Positions 49,214 to 59,754 of a DNA stretch of 64,000 bases are shown here, piece after piece. The position numbers were made by a program, and so were the translations under genes. The stretch covers positions 240,601 through 304,600 of the forward strand of contig OZ244713.1 of the NCBI GenBank assembly GCA_965218885.1, read 5' to 3'. The notes beneath the pieces were generated by a model. That model had not been told where the DNA came from. It saw only the letters and a program-made list of their open reading frames with translations, and made no database searches. The first letter of the stretch is position 1. The number at the start of each line of letters is the position of its first letter. The stretch is from a bacterium (GTDB lineage: Bacteria > UBA8248).

Positions 49214-49230
49214 CGTTTTGATTACATATT
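49214..49230. repeat. 17-bp direct repeat, right copy (candidate attR)
   Basis: cgttttgattacatatt is identical to 24809-24825. It lies in an AT-rich non-coding stretch just before the MMPL gene. Confidence 0.45.
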
Positions 49231-49346
49231 GAAGAAAGTGGATTTGGAACAAGATTTCGAATCATGCCTGTATCCCAATGATATCAACAGGATAGAAGGA
49301 TTTCAGGGCTGATGGAAATACCCTAACGCCTCTAAGCGGGCGTATA

Positions 49347-51434
49347 TCATGGTTCCCTTCGGTCGAGAGCCATCAGCAGGGGCGGAAGTAGCAGGAAGTC
49401 GGTGAGGAGCCCGAAGATAATCGTAATCGAGACCATCAGACCGAGTGTCCAACTTCCTTCGTAGCCCGACAAGGTGAACACCAGGAAGCCCGCCGAGAGG
49501 ACCACGGTCGTGGTCCATAGCGCATGGCCCACGGTTCGAAAGGTGGTGCGAACGGCTTCGGGCGCGGAGAGGCCCTCCTTTCTCCGGGCTTTCATGTATT
49601 TGCTCAGGAAGTGGATTGTATCGTCCACGATGATTCCGAAAGCGATTATGGTCATCACCGAACCGGCGAGGCTCACCCGGCCGACCATATAGTCCCAGAG
49701 GCCGAAACTCATGGCCGCGGGAATGAAGTTGGGCACGAGGCTGATGAGGCCGAGGCGCAAACTCCTGAAAACCAAAATCAGAATAAACGAAATAAGGGTC
49801 ATGCCGATGAAAGTGCCGCGCAGCATGCTTTCCATGTTTCTCTGGGTGAGATGAGCGAAGATCATGCTCAAACCCGATGCTTCGCCCGCAAGGCCGGGCA
49901 TGCTGGCGCGGAGCCAGGCCTGCGCTCGCGAATCGAGTTCACGCAGGCCCCGAGCCGAAACGCCCTGGACCGTGACGGTCATGCGCGTTGCGGATTTGGC
50001 GACGTCGATGCGGTCGTTCAAGTTGCTGCCGAAAGGAAGTGAAAACTCATAGAGCAGCAGATATTGCGCGGCGAGTTCGGGGTCCTCCGGCACTTTGAAG
50101 AAGGCCGGGTCGTCGCCGTGCATGTTCTTGTTCAGGCGCTTCATGACGTCCGAGAAGGCACGGACGTGGCTCACTTGTGGCTGCTTTCGGTACCAATCGG
50201 CGAAGGCCTCGACCTTTTTGAGATACGCGGGATTGGTGATGCCGCCTTCGCGCCCGGATTTCAGGGAGTATTCCAGCGAATTCAGGCCGGTCAGGTTTTT
50301 AATGACGAAGTCCGTATCGCGCCGGAACCGGTAGCGCTCGTCGAACTGCTTCGTCCAATCCTCGCTCAACTCGTTGCGGGGAATGCCGGTGAGCAGGGCA
50401 ATCGTCAAAAGGGCGACGAAGCAGAGCAGAAACTTGCGGCGTTCGACGATGAAGTCGCCGAAGCGCTCGAAAAAAGGGGACCTGTCGGTGCGGACAGTAC
50501 GCGCACGCAGCGGCAGAAGCGATAGCAGCGCAGGCAGAAGCGTCATGGAGTAGAAAAAGACGGACAGCACCCCGAACGCCACGAGATTTCCCAGTTCCCG
50601 GAAAGGCGGTGAATCGGAAGTGTTCAGGCTCAGGAACCCGATCGCTGTCGTGAGCGAGGTCAGAAACACCGGCCAGATGTTGCTGCGGAGCGATTCCACA
50701 ATCGCTGCGCTCTTTGCCATGCCATTTCGCATGGCAAAGAGAACAGCCGTGACGATATGGACCGAATGGGCAACGGCTATCACCATGACGATAATCGGCA
50801 GACCTGCGGTGATGGGACTGAACACCAGACCGACCCACCCCGTGAAGCCCATGGTGGTGTTGATGGCGAAAATGATCACGAAAACGATGGCCAGGGTGCC
50901 GAGCAGCGAGCGCAGCAGTAGCGCCGTGCCGATCAGGACGACGAAAAAGGCGATCGAGCCGAGGTTTTTCATGCTGTTCGCAGTAGCGTCGGCGACGGTA
51001 CGGTTCAAGACGACGTCGCCCGTCAGATAGTATGAGATGTCGGGATGGCTCTCGCGGGCCTTGCCAAGAATGGCGTTCAGATAATCGGTTATTTCGACTG
51101 CTACGTTGTCTCTTTTTTCGGGCATGACGAAATTGATCGCCAGCCCGCCTACGCGCCCGTCTTGGGAAACGAGGCGCCCGGCGATGTCCGACGCGTTCAG
51201 CGCGATTTTCCGGATTCGCGCGAGGTCGGCGTCGCTCAGCGCGCTCGCGTCGTCGACGAGTGGCTCGACGATCAGATCATCCCCTTCCGCCCGGCTGTGA
51301 GTGTAGTTCGTGAGGGAATCGACCCGGCTGGAATGAGGTGCCTTCCATGCGGCTTCGGTCAACTCCTCGATGGCGCGAAGAGCTTCCCTGGTGAACACCG
51401 GGCCCCTCCGATCCGTGGCTGTGCAGGGCAGCAC
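49347..51434 (-). CDS. MMPL/RND-superfamily transporter, N-terminus (TM1) not accounted for
   Basis: The ORF covers the first periplasmic loop, TM2-6, the second loop and TM8-12 (GIIVDDTIHFLSKYM...). Two TGA codons lie in-frame immediately upstream. The only upstream open frame, MRNERDARFDREIGAWFG..., has no TM helix. Confidence 0.7.
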   Translation of the reverse strand: MLPCTATDRRGPVFTREALRAIEELTEAAWKAPHSSRVDSLTNYTHSRAEGDDLIVEPLVDDASALSDADLARIRKIALNASDIAGRLVSQDGRVGGLAINFVMPEKRDNVAVEITDYLNAILGKARESHPDISYYLTGDVVLNRTVADATANSMKNLGSIAFFVVLIGTALLLRSLLGTLAIVFVIIFAINTTMGFTGWVGLVFSPITAGLPIIVMVIAVAHSVHIVTAVLFAMRNGMAKSAAIVESLRSNIWPVFLTSLTTAIGFLSLNTSDSPPFRELGNLVAFGVLSVFFYSMTLLPALLSLLPLRARTVRTDRSPFFERFGDFIVERRKFLLCFVALLTIALLTGIPRNELSEDWTKQFDERYRFRRDTDFVIKNLTGLNSLEYSLKSGREGGITNPAYLKKVEAFADWYRKQPQVSHVRAFSDVMKRLNKNMHGDDPAFFKVPEDPELAAQYLLLYEFSLPFGSNLNDRIDVAKSATRMTVTVQGVSARGLRELDSRAQAWLRASMPGLAGEASGLSMIFAHLTQRNMESMLRGTFIGMTLISFILILVFRSLRLGLISLVPNFIPAAMSFGLWDYMVGRVSLAGSVMTIIAFGIIVDDTIHFLSKYMKARRKEGLSAPEAVRTTFRTVGHALWTTTVVLSAGFLVFTLSGYEGSWTLGLMVSITIIFGLLTDFLLLPPLLMALDRREP

Positions 51435-51918
51435 CGTTCCCGGGTAGGGCCTTCACGAAGTCGATGTGGTAATTCACCGCTTGCTCGACGGCAGTGCTTT
51501 CAAGCTGCTCTTCATCCGTCCCACCTACGAGCGCGCTATAGAGGGTTCCGGCGTGCCCGGGCAGGTAGCAATCGAGGAAAGCGTGGCAAGAGGGAACCAG
51601 TTCGGCGAATCGCCAGACTCGGCTTTTCATCTCCGCCTGAGTAACCTGCTTCGACTTTCCGAACCAAGCTCCGATCTCCCTGTCGAATCGAGCATCACGT
51701 TCGTTTCTCATCAGGTTGCTCCTTGCTCAATCGATTGCGAAATGGCAGGGTGCGAGGCGATATGGCCCCAAAGTTTAGTACAAGGCGAGATCAGTAAGGA
51801 ATGTCCGAACAACACCGGTTTCTGCGAATGCGTACATGGGCGTAAATCCCGCTATACCTGACAGCGCGGGTGAGCGGCGGGGGGATGTGCAACCGGACAG
51901 GTCTTCAGGGAGGCAGCC

Positions 51919-52713
51919 ATGGCGGGCTTCGAGGAGGTTTCGATCGACACGCTGTTTCGCATCGACGGCGACAGCGCGCTGGTCACCGGGGCGGGCGGCG
52001 GGCTGGGACGAATCGCCGCGATCGCGCTTGCCAGCGCGGGGGCGCATGTCGCGGTCACCGATATCGATGCGGCGGCGGCCGATCGGGTCACGGCGGAGAT
52101 CCGGGAGGCCGGCGGGATCGCCGAGTCCTGGCGGCTCGACGTTGCCGACCGCAAGCGCATCGACACCGTGATCGACGAGGCGGCTGAGCAGTTCGGCGGG
52201 CTTCACATCCTGATCAACAATGCCGGCATCGCGCGGCCCGGACCGGCCGAGTGGTTTCCCGACGAGGACTGGGACGAGGTGGTCGAGGTCAACATGACCG
52301 CCCCGTTCGTCTGCGCGCGCCGGGCGGCGAAGTACATGCTGGTCCAGGGGGAGGGGCGGATCGTCTCGATCGCCTCGATCATGGGGTTTAGGGCGAACGC
52401 GATGGTTCCCCACATCCCCTATCAGGCGACCAAGGGGGCGATCGTCAACATGACCCGCTCGCTCGCCGTCGAATGGGCGGGCCGGGGCATCCGGGTGAAC
52501 GCCATCGCGCCGACCTTCTTCTACACCAATCTCGGCGCCGATCTGCGTCAGCGCCGGCCCGAGATCGTGGCCGAGATCAAGGCTCGCACGCCTCTCGGCC
52601 GGCTCGGCGAGCCCGAGGAAATCGCCGGCGGCATCCTCTACCTCGCGAGCCCCGCCTCCTCGATGGTGACCGGCCACACGCTGGCGATCGACGGCGGCTG
52701 GCTCTCGATCTAG
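51919..52713 (+). CDS. SDR-family short-chain dehydrogenase/reductase
   Basis: The cofactor motif is TGAGGGLGRIAA, followed by NNAG and the catalytic YQATKGA (YxxxK). Confidence 0.85.
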   Translation: MAGFEEVSIDTLFRIDGDSALVTGAGGGLGRIAAIALASAGAHVAVTDIDAAAADRVTAEIREAGGIAESWRLDVADRKRIDTVIDEAAEQFGGLHILINNAGIARPGPAEWFPDEDWDEVVEVNMTAPFVCARRAAKYMLVQGEGRIVSIASIMGFRANAMVPHIPYQATKGAIVNMTRSLAVEWAGRGIRVNAIAPTFFYTNLGADLRQRRPEIVAEIKARTPLGRLGEPEEIAGGILYLASPASSMVTGHTLAIDGGWLSI

Positions 52714-52756
52714 TGTCCTGATTCAGAAGTTTTTATTCAACTTTCTCCTGGACGCT

Positions 52757-53290
52757 GAGGGTCCTTTGGCAGAAGCGTTCGATGGAAGCCAAGACGTCGT
52801 CGGCCGACTTGGTCAAGTGAAACGGCCGGGGATCGCGGTTATGAGTTTCGATGTAGCGTTCGATGGCGGCCTCGAGATCGGCGGTGGAGCGGTATGCGCC
52901 ACGCTTGATCTACCGCTCGGTGAGCAGTGCGAAGAAGCGTTCGACCTGGTTGAGCCATGAGGAGGATGTAGGCGTGAAGTGGCTGTGTCATCGCGGCCGC
53001 TTGGCGAACCAGTCATGGATCAGCCTAGTTTTGTGGCTGGAAACATTGTCCATGACGACATGGATGTCGAGGTCGGTCGGCGCGTTGCGCTCCACCTCGT
53101 CGAGGAAGGCGCGGAACTCGTGCGCCCGAACAGCCTCCTCGAGAGCACCGCCCCGGTGGCGCGAAGCTTCCCGAGATCGACCTCCAGACGCGCCTGGCGG
53201 GTCTCCGACTTGCGAAGCGCCTTGCGAAGCCGCGCATTCTCTCTGGACAGAAACCCGATCGCCGTCTTCTGGCGCCGCGACCTCCACAGG
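52757..53290 (-). pseudogene. IS630-family transposase C-terminal remnant with internal stops
   Basis: FRAFLDEVERNAPTDLDIHVVMDNVSSHKTRLIHDWFAKRPR-(TGA where W is expected)-HSHFTPTSSSWLNQVERFFALLTER-(TAG)-IKRGAYRSTADLEAAIERYIETHNRDPRPFHLT matches the IS630 DDE C-terminus. No N-terminal HTH part is present. Confidence 0.7.
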
Positions 53291-54105
53291 GCCTTGCGCA
53301 GTTCCTCGTCCGCACGGGACGGCGACCTCGAGCGCGCCGCCTCCATCGCGCGCAACAGCCGCGCCTTGAGCCGTTCGGTCGCGATGTCTGCGGCCCCGAG
53401 GGAGACTTTAAGACGGTAGACCTCCGCGGACAACGATTCGACCACCTCCGCCTGGTCGCGCAATCGCCTCAACTTCCTGTAGAGCCCGATGGCCTCCTCG
53501 TCCAGGCTTCGGATGGTCTCTTTGTGAACCGCCGACTTCTGCTTCTCCCGGGCCAGACGATCTTCGAGCCGGGCAACCTCCTTCTCCCGCTGGCCGACCT
53601 CCTTGCGCAGGGCATGAATCGTCTCCTTGCGCTCCTCCAGGGCCTTGCGCACCCGCCCCGCCTCCCCCGGCGACGGCACGCCCGAGAGTTCCTTGCGAAG
53701 CCGGACGACCTCCATGCGCAGCGACATGAGCGGGCTGCGCTTGCGCGGCTCGACTCCCGCTTCCGCAAGCAGCTTCTCCAGCCGCGCCACTTCCGCCTTG
53801 AGCGACAGCGCGTCCTTCGCCGCGCGGCGGGCTTCCTTCGCCTCCCCGGCGGCCGCCTCGAGCTTCTTCTGGCAGACGTCGAACTGCCGCTTCAGCCTAC
53901 CCGCACGGGCGCGGGAATCCACCTCCTTCCACCGCAACTCCTCGCAGCGCGCCTCCGTTGCTTCCGCGCGCGCACGCTCGCGCTCGAACAGCGAACGCCA
54001 GTCCGGCTCCCCGTATGAGAGTGTCCCCGGTGAAAGAGGCCATTGCGAATCCGGCCTCTCGATCAACGCCGGCTCTGTCTCGACAGCTTCTGTACGAATC
54101 TTCAT
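53020..54105 (-). CDS. Coiled-coil hypothetical protein; 3' portion overlaps the IS630 remnant in another frame
   Basis: About 300 aa of R/E/A/L/K-rich heptad-like sequence start at MKIRTEAVETEP. The protein ends near ...VLSRRLFGRTS, which weakly resembles the IS66 leucine-zipper motif. The true 3' end is uncertain. Confidence 0.35.
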   Translation of the reverse strand: MKIRTEAVETEPALIERPDSQWPLSPGTLSYGEPDWRSLFERERARAEATEARCEELRWKEVDSRARAGRLKRQFDVCQKKLEAAAGEAKEARRAAKDALSLKAEVARLEKLLAEAGVEPRKRSPLMSLRMEVVRLRKELSGVPSPGEAGRVRKALEERKETIHALRKEVGQREKEVARLEDRLAREKQKSAVHKETIRSLDEEAIGLYRKLRRLRDQAEVVESLSAEVYRLKVSLGAADIATERLKARLLRAMEAARSRSPSRADEELRKALWRSRRQKTAIGFLSRENARLRKALRKSETRQARLEVDLGKLRATGAVLSRRLFGRTSSAPSSTRWSATRRPTSTSMSSWTMFPATKLG

Positions 54106-54949
54106 GCCGACAGGAATACCACATGTCGAATCGCGTTACCAGCCCCCGATGAAAATCTCTTCAGATGTCAATGATGAAAAGGACGAACCCCATCACCCCG
54201 TGACTGAACGGTAACTCCTGTCGATCGTCGATGGGGTGGACGCGCCCGCCCGGCGACTTCACATCCGGGCGAGGCGACGTCGTTTACGTCGTCGGCGCAT
54301 GGTCCGGAATCCGGCTCCCCGGCAACGCGCTTGCGATTGCGCTCCCTCCTCTTCCGCCCCCGGTTCCCCCCCCTTTTTTCCGTAGCGCTTCGCTCCTCTC
54401 CCTGGCGCGTTCGGCCTTCGCGGGGGAAACCCCGTGTTTTTCCTGCCGCATCGCAGCGCGAAGCACGCAGGTTCCATGCGAATGCGGGTTTTGCGCCATC
54501 GAGCATGATTGAACGGGCGCCCACTCTTTCCTTTACAGGCAACCCGGCGGTTGACCGATCCTGTCAGTAGTGATAAGTATATTTGATAGAAATGACCAAG
54601 GATAATCGGGGGTAAACGACGTGGATGTTTCCTTCTCCAAGCGTGGCTTATCCCGCCGGCACCGTCATCTTCCGCGCCGCCTGGGCGAGGCCACCCCGTT
54701 GGCGGGCCGTTCGCGTCCTGATAGACTGGGGCTGGGCCCACAGACCCACAGAATTAGATAGCTCAGGTCTCGCTGAGGGCCGGGACGTGCGCCGGCCCTC
54801 ACGGACCCGTTCGGGTTTCGCTTCCCGCACGTACGGGCGCGATGGTTTTGTAGCCCCTCCTCGGGATTGTCCTGCCCTCCGTGGTTGTCCTTCGTCAGGA
54901 CAGGCTGGAGGCCTGTCCCTGCGCGAGACGAGACGCTTCCGCAGGGGCG

Positions 54950-55890
54950 TCAGTAGATCGGGGTGAGAACGTCGGCGAAATCCGGGTCCTTGCCGCGGGT
55001 GGCGCGGAAGAACGCTTCCTGAAGCTCCCGGGTGAGAGGGCCGGGCTTCCCATCGCCGACCGGGATCCGGTCCACCGAGACGACGGGCGTCACTTCCTTC
55101 GCCGAGCCGCAGATCAGGATCTCGTCCGCGAGATAGAGCTCGGTGCGGTCCACCTCCCGCTCCACCGCCGGGCGGTTTCGGACCTTCGCGAAGAGCCCCA
55201 TCAAGGTGGCGCGGGTGATCCCTTCCAGAATTCCCGCCGTCACGGAAGGCGTGATCAACTGCCCGTCGCGTACCAGCATCACGTTCGCGCCCGACGCCTC
55301 GGCGAGCTTGCCGTCCCGGTTGAGGATGAGGGCGTCGTCGTAGCCGTTGACGCGCGCCTCCACCCCGGCGAGGCGGCTGTTCTGGTAGTTGGACCCGACC
55401 TTCACCCGGGCCGGAATCGAATCGTCGTGGATGCGCCGCCAACTGCTGACGCAGACGTGAATGCCGTGCCGGAGGGCGTCGTCGTGGGGGCGGCCCCCCC
55501 CGCCACCCACGCACCGATCTCGATCTCCTCCGGCCGGTACTTCTTGACGTCCCCGGCACCGCCGAATCCGAAGTACGTCACCAGACGCATGTGGACGTCC
55601 TCCCGGAACCGTTTCGCGCGCGCCCAGTCGAGGACCGCCTGCCGGTACTCGTCGAAACCGTAGGGGGACGTCATCCGCATGATCTTCATGTTGACTAACA
55701 GGCGCTCGAGGTGCTGATCCAGCTTCCAGACGAAGAGGTTGTCCCGCACCTCGTCCCAATAGGCCCGCAAACCCTCGTAGACGTTCGCTCCGCGCATGGC
55801 GGTGGCGGTGAGGACGCTCACCTTGGCGTCCTCGGGCGCGACCATGCCGCCGTCGAGCCAGACCTGGAATCGCTCCGAATCCTTGCTCAT
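54950..55890 (-). pseudogene. Class-IV (branched-chain / D-amino-acid) aminotransferase, frameshifted at a C8 run (55493-55500)
   Basis: The N-terminal frame reads MSKDSERFQVWLDGGMVAPEDAKVSVL...EIEIGAWVAGG. It continues in another frame as ...RHGIHVCVSSWRR...RVKVGSNYQNSRLAGVEA...GYDDALILNRDGKLAEASGANVMLVRDGQLITP...ILEGITR, which carries the class-IV family blocks. Its start overlaps the hyuA stop. Confidence 0.7.
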
Positions 55891-58019
55891 GCTCCCTCCG
55901 TCTCTCTCGGCCCTGTCATGCGAGCCCCCCCGCTACCGCCGCTCCCTGTGTCGTGCGGGGCCGACACGACCGTGAGGTTCAGGTTGCCCTGCTCGTCGCT
56001 GCGGGCGACCTGTCCGGGCAGCACGACGGTCGTCGAGTCCATCTGCTCGAGGATCGCGGGGCCTTCGAGATCGGCGCCCCGGGGGAGGCCCTCCCGGGCG
56101 TAGATCGGACAATCGACGAATCCGCCGAGCTCTGCAAAATGCACCCGGCGCCTCCCTCGCTCCGCCGCGCGCAGGTCGCCGCCCGTCCCGGCGGCGCCCG
56201 CGACCGGGGGCGCCGTCACCCGGGCGAGGGCGGTGACGCGAAAGGTGACCAGTTGAACCGGCGCGTCCGGCGCGTAGCCGTACACTCTTTCGTGCTCGCG
56301 CCGGAAAGCGTCGACCAGCGCCGAGAGGTCGTGGTCGGCGAATTCCCGCTCCTGAACCGCCACCGTGATCTCGTGGCTCTGTCCGACGTAGCGCATGTCG
56401 ATGGCACGTTGCACCGTGCGCTCGCCGGGCTCCACCCCCTCCCGGTCGAACCATTCGAGCGCTCGCTGTCTGACCTCCGTGAAGGTGACGTTGATGCCGG
56501 CGGCGCCGGTTCCCTCGAGATCGGCGATCCGCGTCAGGCTGAAATCCGAGCGCACGTCGGCGACGAGGAGCCCGAGCGCGCACAGGAGACCCGGTCCGGG
56601 CGGCACCATGACCCGGGTCATGCCCAGCTCGCGGGCGAGCGCGGAGGCGAGGAGAGGCCCCGCCCCCCCGAACGCCACCAGGGTGAAGTGCCGCGGATCG
56701 AAACCCTTCTCCACCGAGATCACGCGTATCGCCTGAACCAGGTTCTCGTTGAGGATGGTGAGCACCGCTTCGGCCGCCTCCTCGACCCCGAGCCCCATCG
56801 GGGCCGCCACCTTGTCGGCGATTGCGCGGTGCGCGAGGTCGGGACGGAGGCTCATGCGGCCGCCCAGCAGGGATTCGCCGGAAAGGCGGCCGAGCACGAC
56901 GTTGGCGTCGGTCACGGTGGGCTCGGTTCCCCCGAGGCCGTAGCAGGCGGGGCCGGGCGCGGCGCCGGCGCTCCGGGGGCCCACGTGCACGAAGCCGCCC
57001 GTGTCCACGCGCGCGATGCTACCCCCTCCGGCTCCCACCGAATGCACGTCGACCATCGGAAAGCGGATGGGATGCCCCCGCACCTCCCGCTCCTTTGCGA
57101 CGAGCGGCCGGTTGCCTTCGATGAGGCAGACGTCGGTGCTCGTTCCCCCGACGTCGAAGGTGATGACGTCCGGACACTCGGCTCTTCCGGCGAGAAAGCC
57201 CGCGCCGGTGACTCCCGCCGCCGGCCCCGACATGAGGCAGCGGCCCGCCATCGCACCCGCATCCCGAAGCGAGGCGACGCCGCCGTGGGACTGGAGGATC
57301 TTCGGGCCCACGATGCCCAGGGCGCGGGACCGTTCCCCGAGGCGCTCGAGATAGCGGCTCACGACCGGGCCCAGCGATGCGTTCAGCACGGTGGTCGTGG
57401 TCCTCTCGTACTCGCGGAACTCGGCCACGACTTCGTGGGATGCGCAGGTGAACGCACCGGGAAGGTGCTCGCGCACCGCGGCCGCGACGGCGGCCTCGTG
57501 GGCCGGATTGTGGTAGCTGTGCAGGAAGCAGACGGCCACCGCCTCCACGCCTTCGCGGCGGAAGTCGTCGAGGATTCCATCGAGCGCTTCGAGGTCCGGC
57601 GGCACGTCGGAAGGCCCGAGGAGATAGGTGCGCTCCTCGATCTCGCGCCGGAGGTGGCGCGCGACGAGGGGCGGGGGCTTCGGCATCCGAATGTCGTAGT
57701 TGTGGGGTTGGCGCTGGCGGCGGATCTCCAGGATGTCGCGAAACCCTTCAGTGGTGATGAGGCCCGTGACCGCCGTGTCCCCCGTGATGAGCGCGTTGGT
57801 GGCGACCGTCGTTCCGTGGCCGAAGTAGCGGACGTTCCCGGCACCGGCGGCTGCACAGTCCAATAGCTCCGGAATGCCGGCCGCAATCGCCCGGGACGGG
57901 TCGTCCGGTGTCGAGGGTGTCTTCAGAAACCACGTCTTGCCGTCCGAGAGGCGGACGAGTGCGAAGTCGGTGAACGTCCCGCCGACGTCGACGCCGAGGA
58001 CGTAACGCTCAGGCGCCAC
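55887..58019 (-). CDS. hyuA: Hydantoinase/oxoprolinase family, A (beta) subunit
   Basis: The N-terminus MAPERYVLGVDVGGTFTDFAL is the ASKHA-fold opening of HyuA-type proteins. The protein is 710 aa. Confidence 0.8.
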   Translation of the reverse strand: MAPERYVLGVDVGGTFTDFALVRLSDGKTWFLKTPSTPDDPSRAIAAGIPELLDCAAAGAGNVRYFGHGTTVATNALITGDTAVTGLITTEGFRDILEIRRQRQPHNYDIRMPKPPPLVARHLRREIEERTYLLGPSDVPPDLEALDGILDDFRREGVEAVAVCFLHSYHNPAHEAAVAAAVREHLPGAFTCASHEVVAEFREYERTTTTVLNASLGPVVSRYLERLGERSRALGIVGPKILQSHGGVASLRDAGAMAGRCLMSGPAAGVTGAGFLAGRAECPDVITFDVGGTSTDVCLIEGNRPLVAKEREVRGHPIRFPMVDVHSVGAGGGSIARVDTGGFVHVGPRSAGAAPGPACYGLGGTEPTVTDANVVLGRLSGESLLGGRMSLRPDLAHRAIADKVAAPMGLGVEEAAEAVLTILNENLVQAIRVISVEKGFDPRHFTLVAFGGAGPLLASALARELGMTRVMVPPGPGLLCALGLLVADVRSDFSLTRIADLEGTGAAGINVTFTEVRQRALEWFDREGVEPGERTVQRAIDMRYVGQSHEITVAVQEREFADHDLSALVDAFRREHERVYGYAPDAPVQLVTFRVTALARVTAPPVAGAAGTGGDLRAAERGRRRVHFAELGGFVDCPIYAREGLPRGADLEGPAILEQMDSTTVVLPGQVARSDEQGNLNLTVVSAPHDTGSGGSGGARMTGPRETEGA

Positions 58020-59754
58020 GGTTCGAATCTTGGCGGGCCTCCCGCAAGGCCGCGGTCCGGGAGGCGTCGACGCTTCCGCGGACGAGCGCGACGCCGTAGC
58101 TCTGCTCCGCCGCGGGTGCGGTCACCTTGCCGGCGGCCACGTCGTCGCGCACCCTCTCCGGATCGCGTTCCCACGGGTCGCCGAAGCCGGCACCGGACGG
58201 GGTGTCGACCCGAACCGTCGTTCCCGCGTCCACCTTGAGCTCCGAGAACGAGCCAGGAAGCTTCGTCTCGCGGTTTCCGCCCGGGTCCAGAACGAAGACG
58301 CCGGGACACCCCGAACTTCCGCCAAACAGCCCGGACGCGCCTCGGGATTGGCGCAGTCCGCGGCCTGCGAGCCTCGCCCGCTCCGCCCAGATGGTGATGT
58401 CGCGGCGCGTCGCGAGGCCGCCGCGATGTCGTCCGGGGCCTCCCGAGTCGGCGATCAGCTCGTAGCGGCCGACGGTCAGCGGGAACTCCTGCTCCACGGA
58501 TTCGATGGGCAGGTTGGCCGCGCCCGAAACGTGGACCCGGACCGCGTCTTTTCCGTCGAGCGCGGAAAGCGCGCCGGACGCTCCCGCGTAGGTCTCGTAG
58601 TCGACGAAGTACTCGTTCCGGCGCGGGTCGACGCCGCTGAAGATAAGCCCGTGGAGCGGACCGCAGCCGGCCATCACCCGGTCCGGCGCCGCGTCGGCGA
58701 GCGCGCCCAGCAGCAGGTCGCCGAGCACGTTGCCGGTCGCGCCCCGATCCCCGACGGCGGCGGGGGGGCGGCAGTTGACGACCGTGCCTTCCGGCGCGGT
58801 GACGCCGATGGCGCGGAAGTACCCGGAGTTGGGCGGCAGCGCCGGGTCCGTCACCGCCTTGACCGCGTAGTAGACGCCGGACAGGGTGGCCGCGAGCGGC
58901 ATGTTCCGGGCCCCTGCGATCTGCCCGTCGGTGCCCGTGAAGTCGAAGTGAATGCGATCGACGCGAATGGTGATCTTGACGCGGAGGCGAACGATGCCGT
59001 CGGCCACGCCGTCGTTGTCGACCACTTCTTCGTTCTCGTAGGTTCCGTCCGGCAGCCTCGCGATCTCGGCGCGCGTGCGCGACTCGGCGTAGTCGAGGAG
59101 CGCTCTCGCGCCCCGGTGCACGCTATCGGCTCCGAAGCGAGCAAAGCACTCCTGCACCCGGCGGACCCCGATGGCGTTGGTCGCGATCTGGGCCCGCAGA
59201 TCGCCCTCGCGCTCGCGCGGGGTGCGCGAGTTGAGGAGCACGAACGCGAGCATGTCGGTGCACAGCTCCCCCTCGTCCAGCAGCTTGACGGGAGGGATTC
59301 GCAGCCCTTCCTGGAAGATGCTCGTGCAGTCGGCGCTCTCGCTCCCCGCCACCTTGCCGCCGATGTCGGAGTGGTGGGCGATGTTGGCGACGAACGCGAC
59401 CGGCCGGCCATCGAAGAAGACGGGGCTTGCGAGCGTCAGGTCCGGCAGGTGCGAGCCGCCTCCCACGTACGGATCGTTCGTGAGGAAGCCGTCGCCGGGG
59501 CGAAAGCGGTCGAGGGGGTAACGCCGGGTGATGTTCTCCACGAGGCCGAGGAGCGAGCTCAGGTGAAGGGGGGCGATGGCGGTCAGGGCGAGGAGGTTGC
59601 CCGCAGTGTCGAAGATCGCGACCGAGCAGTCACGCCGCTCCTTGATGTTCGGGGAATACGCGGTCTTGACGAGGGTGGCCATCATCTCGTCGGCCGCGGC
59701 GGCGAAGCGGTGCGCGATGACCTCGGTGGTGATTCGGTCGCAGTCTGGATCCAT
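58009..59754 (-). CDS. hyuB: Hydantoinase B/oxoprolinase family, B (alpha) subunit
   Basis: The internal start MDPDCDRITTEVIAHRFAAAADEMMATLVKTAYSPNIKERRDCSVAIFD is the HyuB opening. GGGGAG lies 7 nt upstream. Its stop overlaps the hyuA start. Confidence 0.8.
   Translation of the reverse strand: MDPDCDRITTEVIAHRFAAAADEMMATLVKTAYSPNIKERRDCSVAIFDTAGNLLALTAIAPLHLSSLLGLVENITRRYPLDRFRPGDGFLTNDPYVGGGSHLPDLTLASPVFFDGRPVAFVANIAHHSDIGGKVAGSESADCTSIFQEGLRIPPVKLLDEGELCTDMLAFVLLNSRTPREREGDLRAQIATNAIGVRRVQECFARFGADSVHRGARALLDYAESRTRAEIARLPDGTYENEEVVDNDGVADGIVRLRVKITIRVDRIHFDFTGTDGQIAGARNMPLAATLSGVYYAVKAVTDPALPPNSGYFRAIGVTAPEGTVVNCRPPAAVGDRGATGNVLGDLLLGALADAAPDRVMAGCGPLHGLIFSGVDPRRNEYFVDYETYAGASGALSALDGKDAVRVHVSGAANLPIESVEQEFPLTVGRYELIADSGGPGRHRGGLATRRDITIWAERARLAGRGLRQSRGASGLFGGSSGCPGVFVLDPGGNRETKLPGSFSELKVDAGTTVRVDTPSGAGFGDPWERDPERVRDDVAAGKVTAPAAEQSYGVALVRGSVDASRTAALREARQDSNRGA

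Larger units (their letters stand above)
24809..49230. mobile_element. Candidate integrative mobilizable element (~24.4 kb) with backbone genes and an envelope caspase/DUF4384 cargo
   Basis: It is bounded by the 17-bp direct repeat and has an integrase at the left end. The gene content is mobile-element-typical: two integrases, HU, a MobF relaxase, ssb, DUF4326 and DUF2493. AT-rich spacers are present, and housekeeping genes flank it on both sides (pyc and the MMPL transporter). Confidence 0.5.

Noticed and set aside
51421-51470. Selenocysteine read-through of the two TGA codons upstream of the MMPL ORF
   Set aside because: MMPL transporters are not known selenoproteins. The upstream sequence lacks the expected TM1. 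Frameshift or truncation is the more likely explanation.
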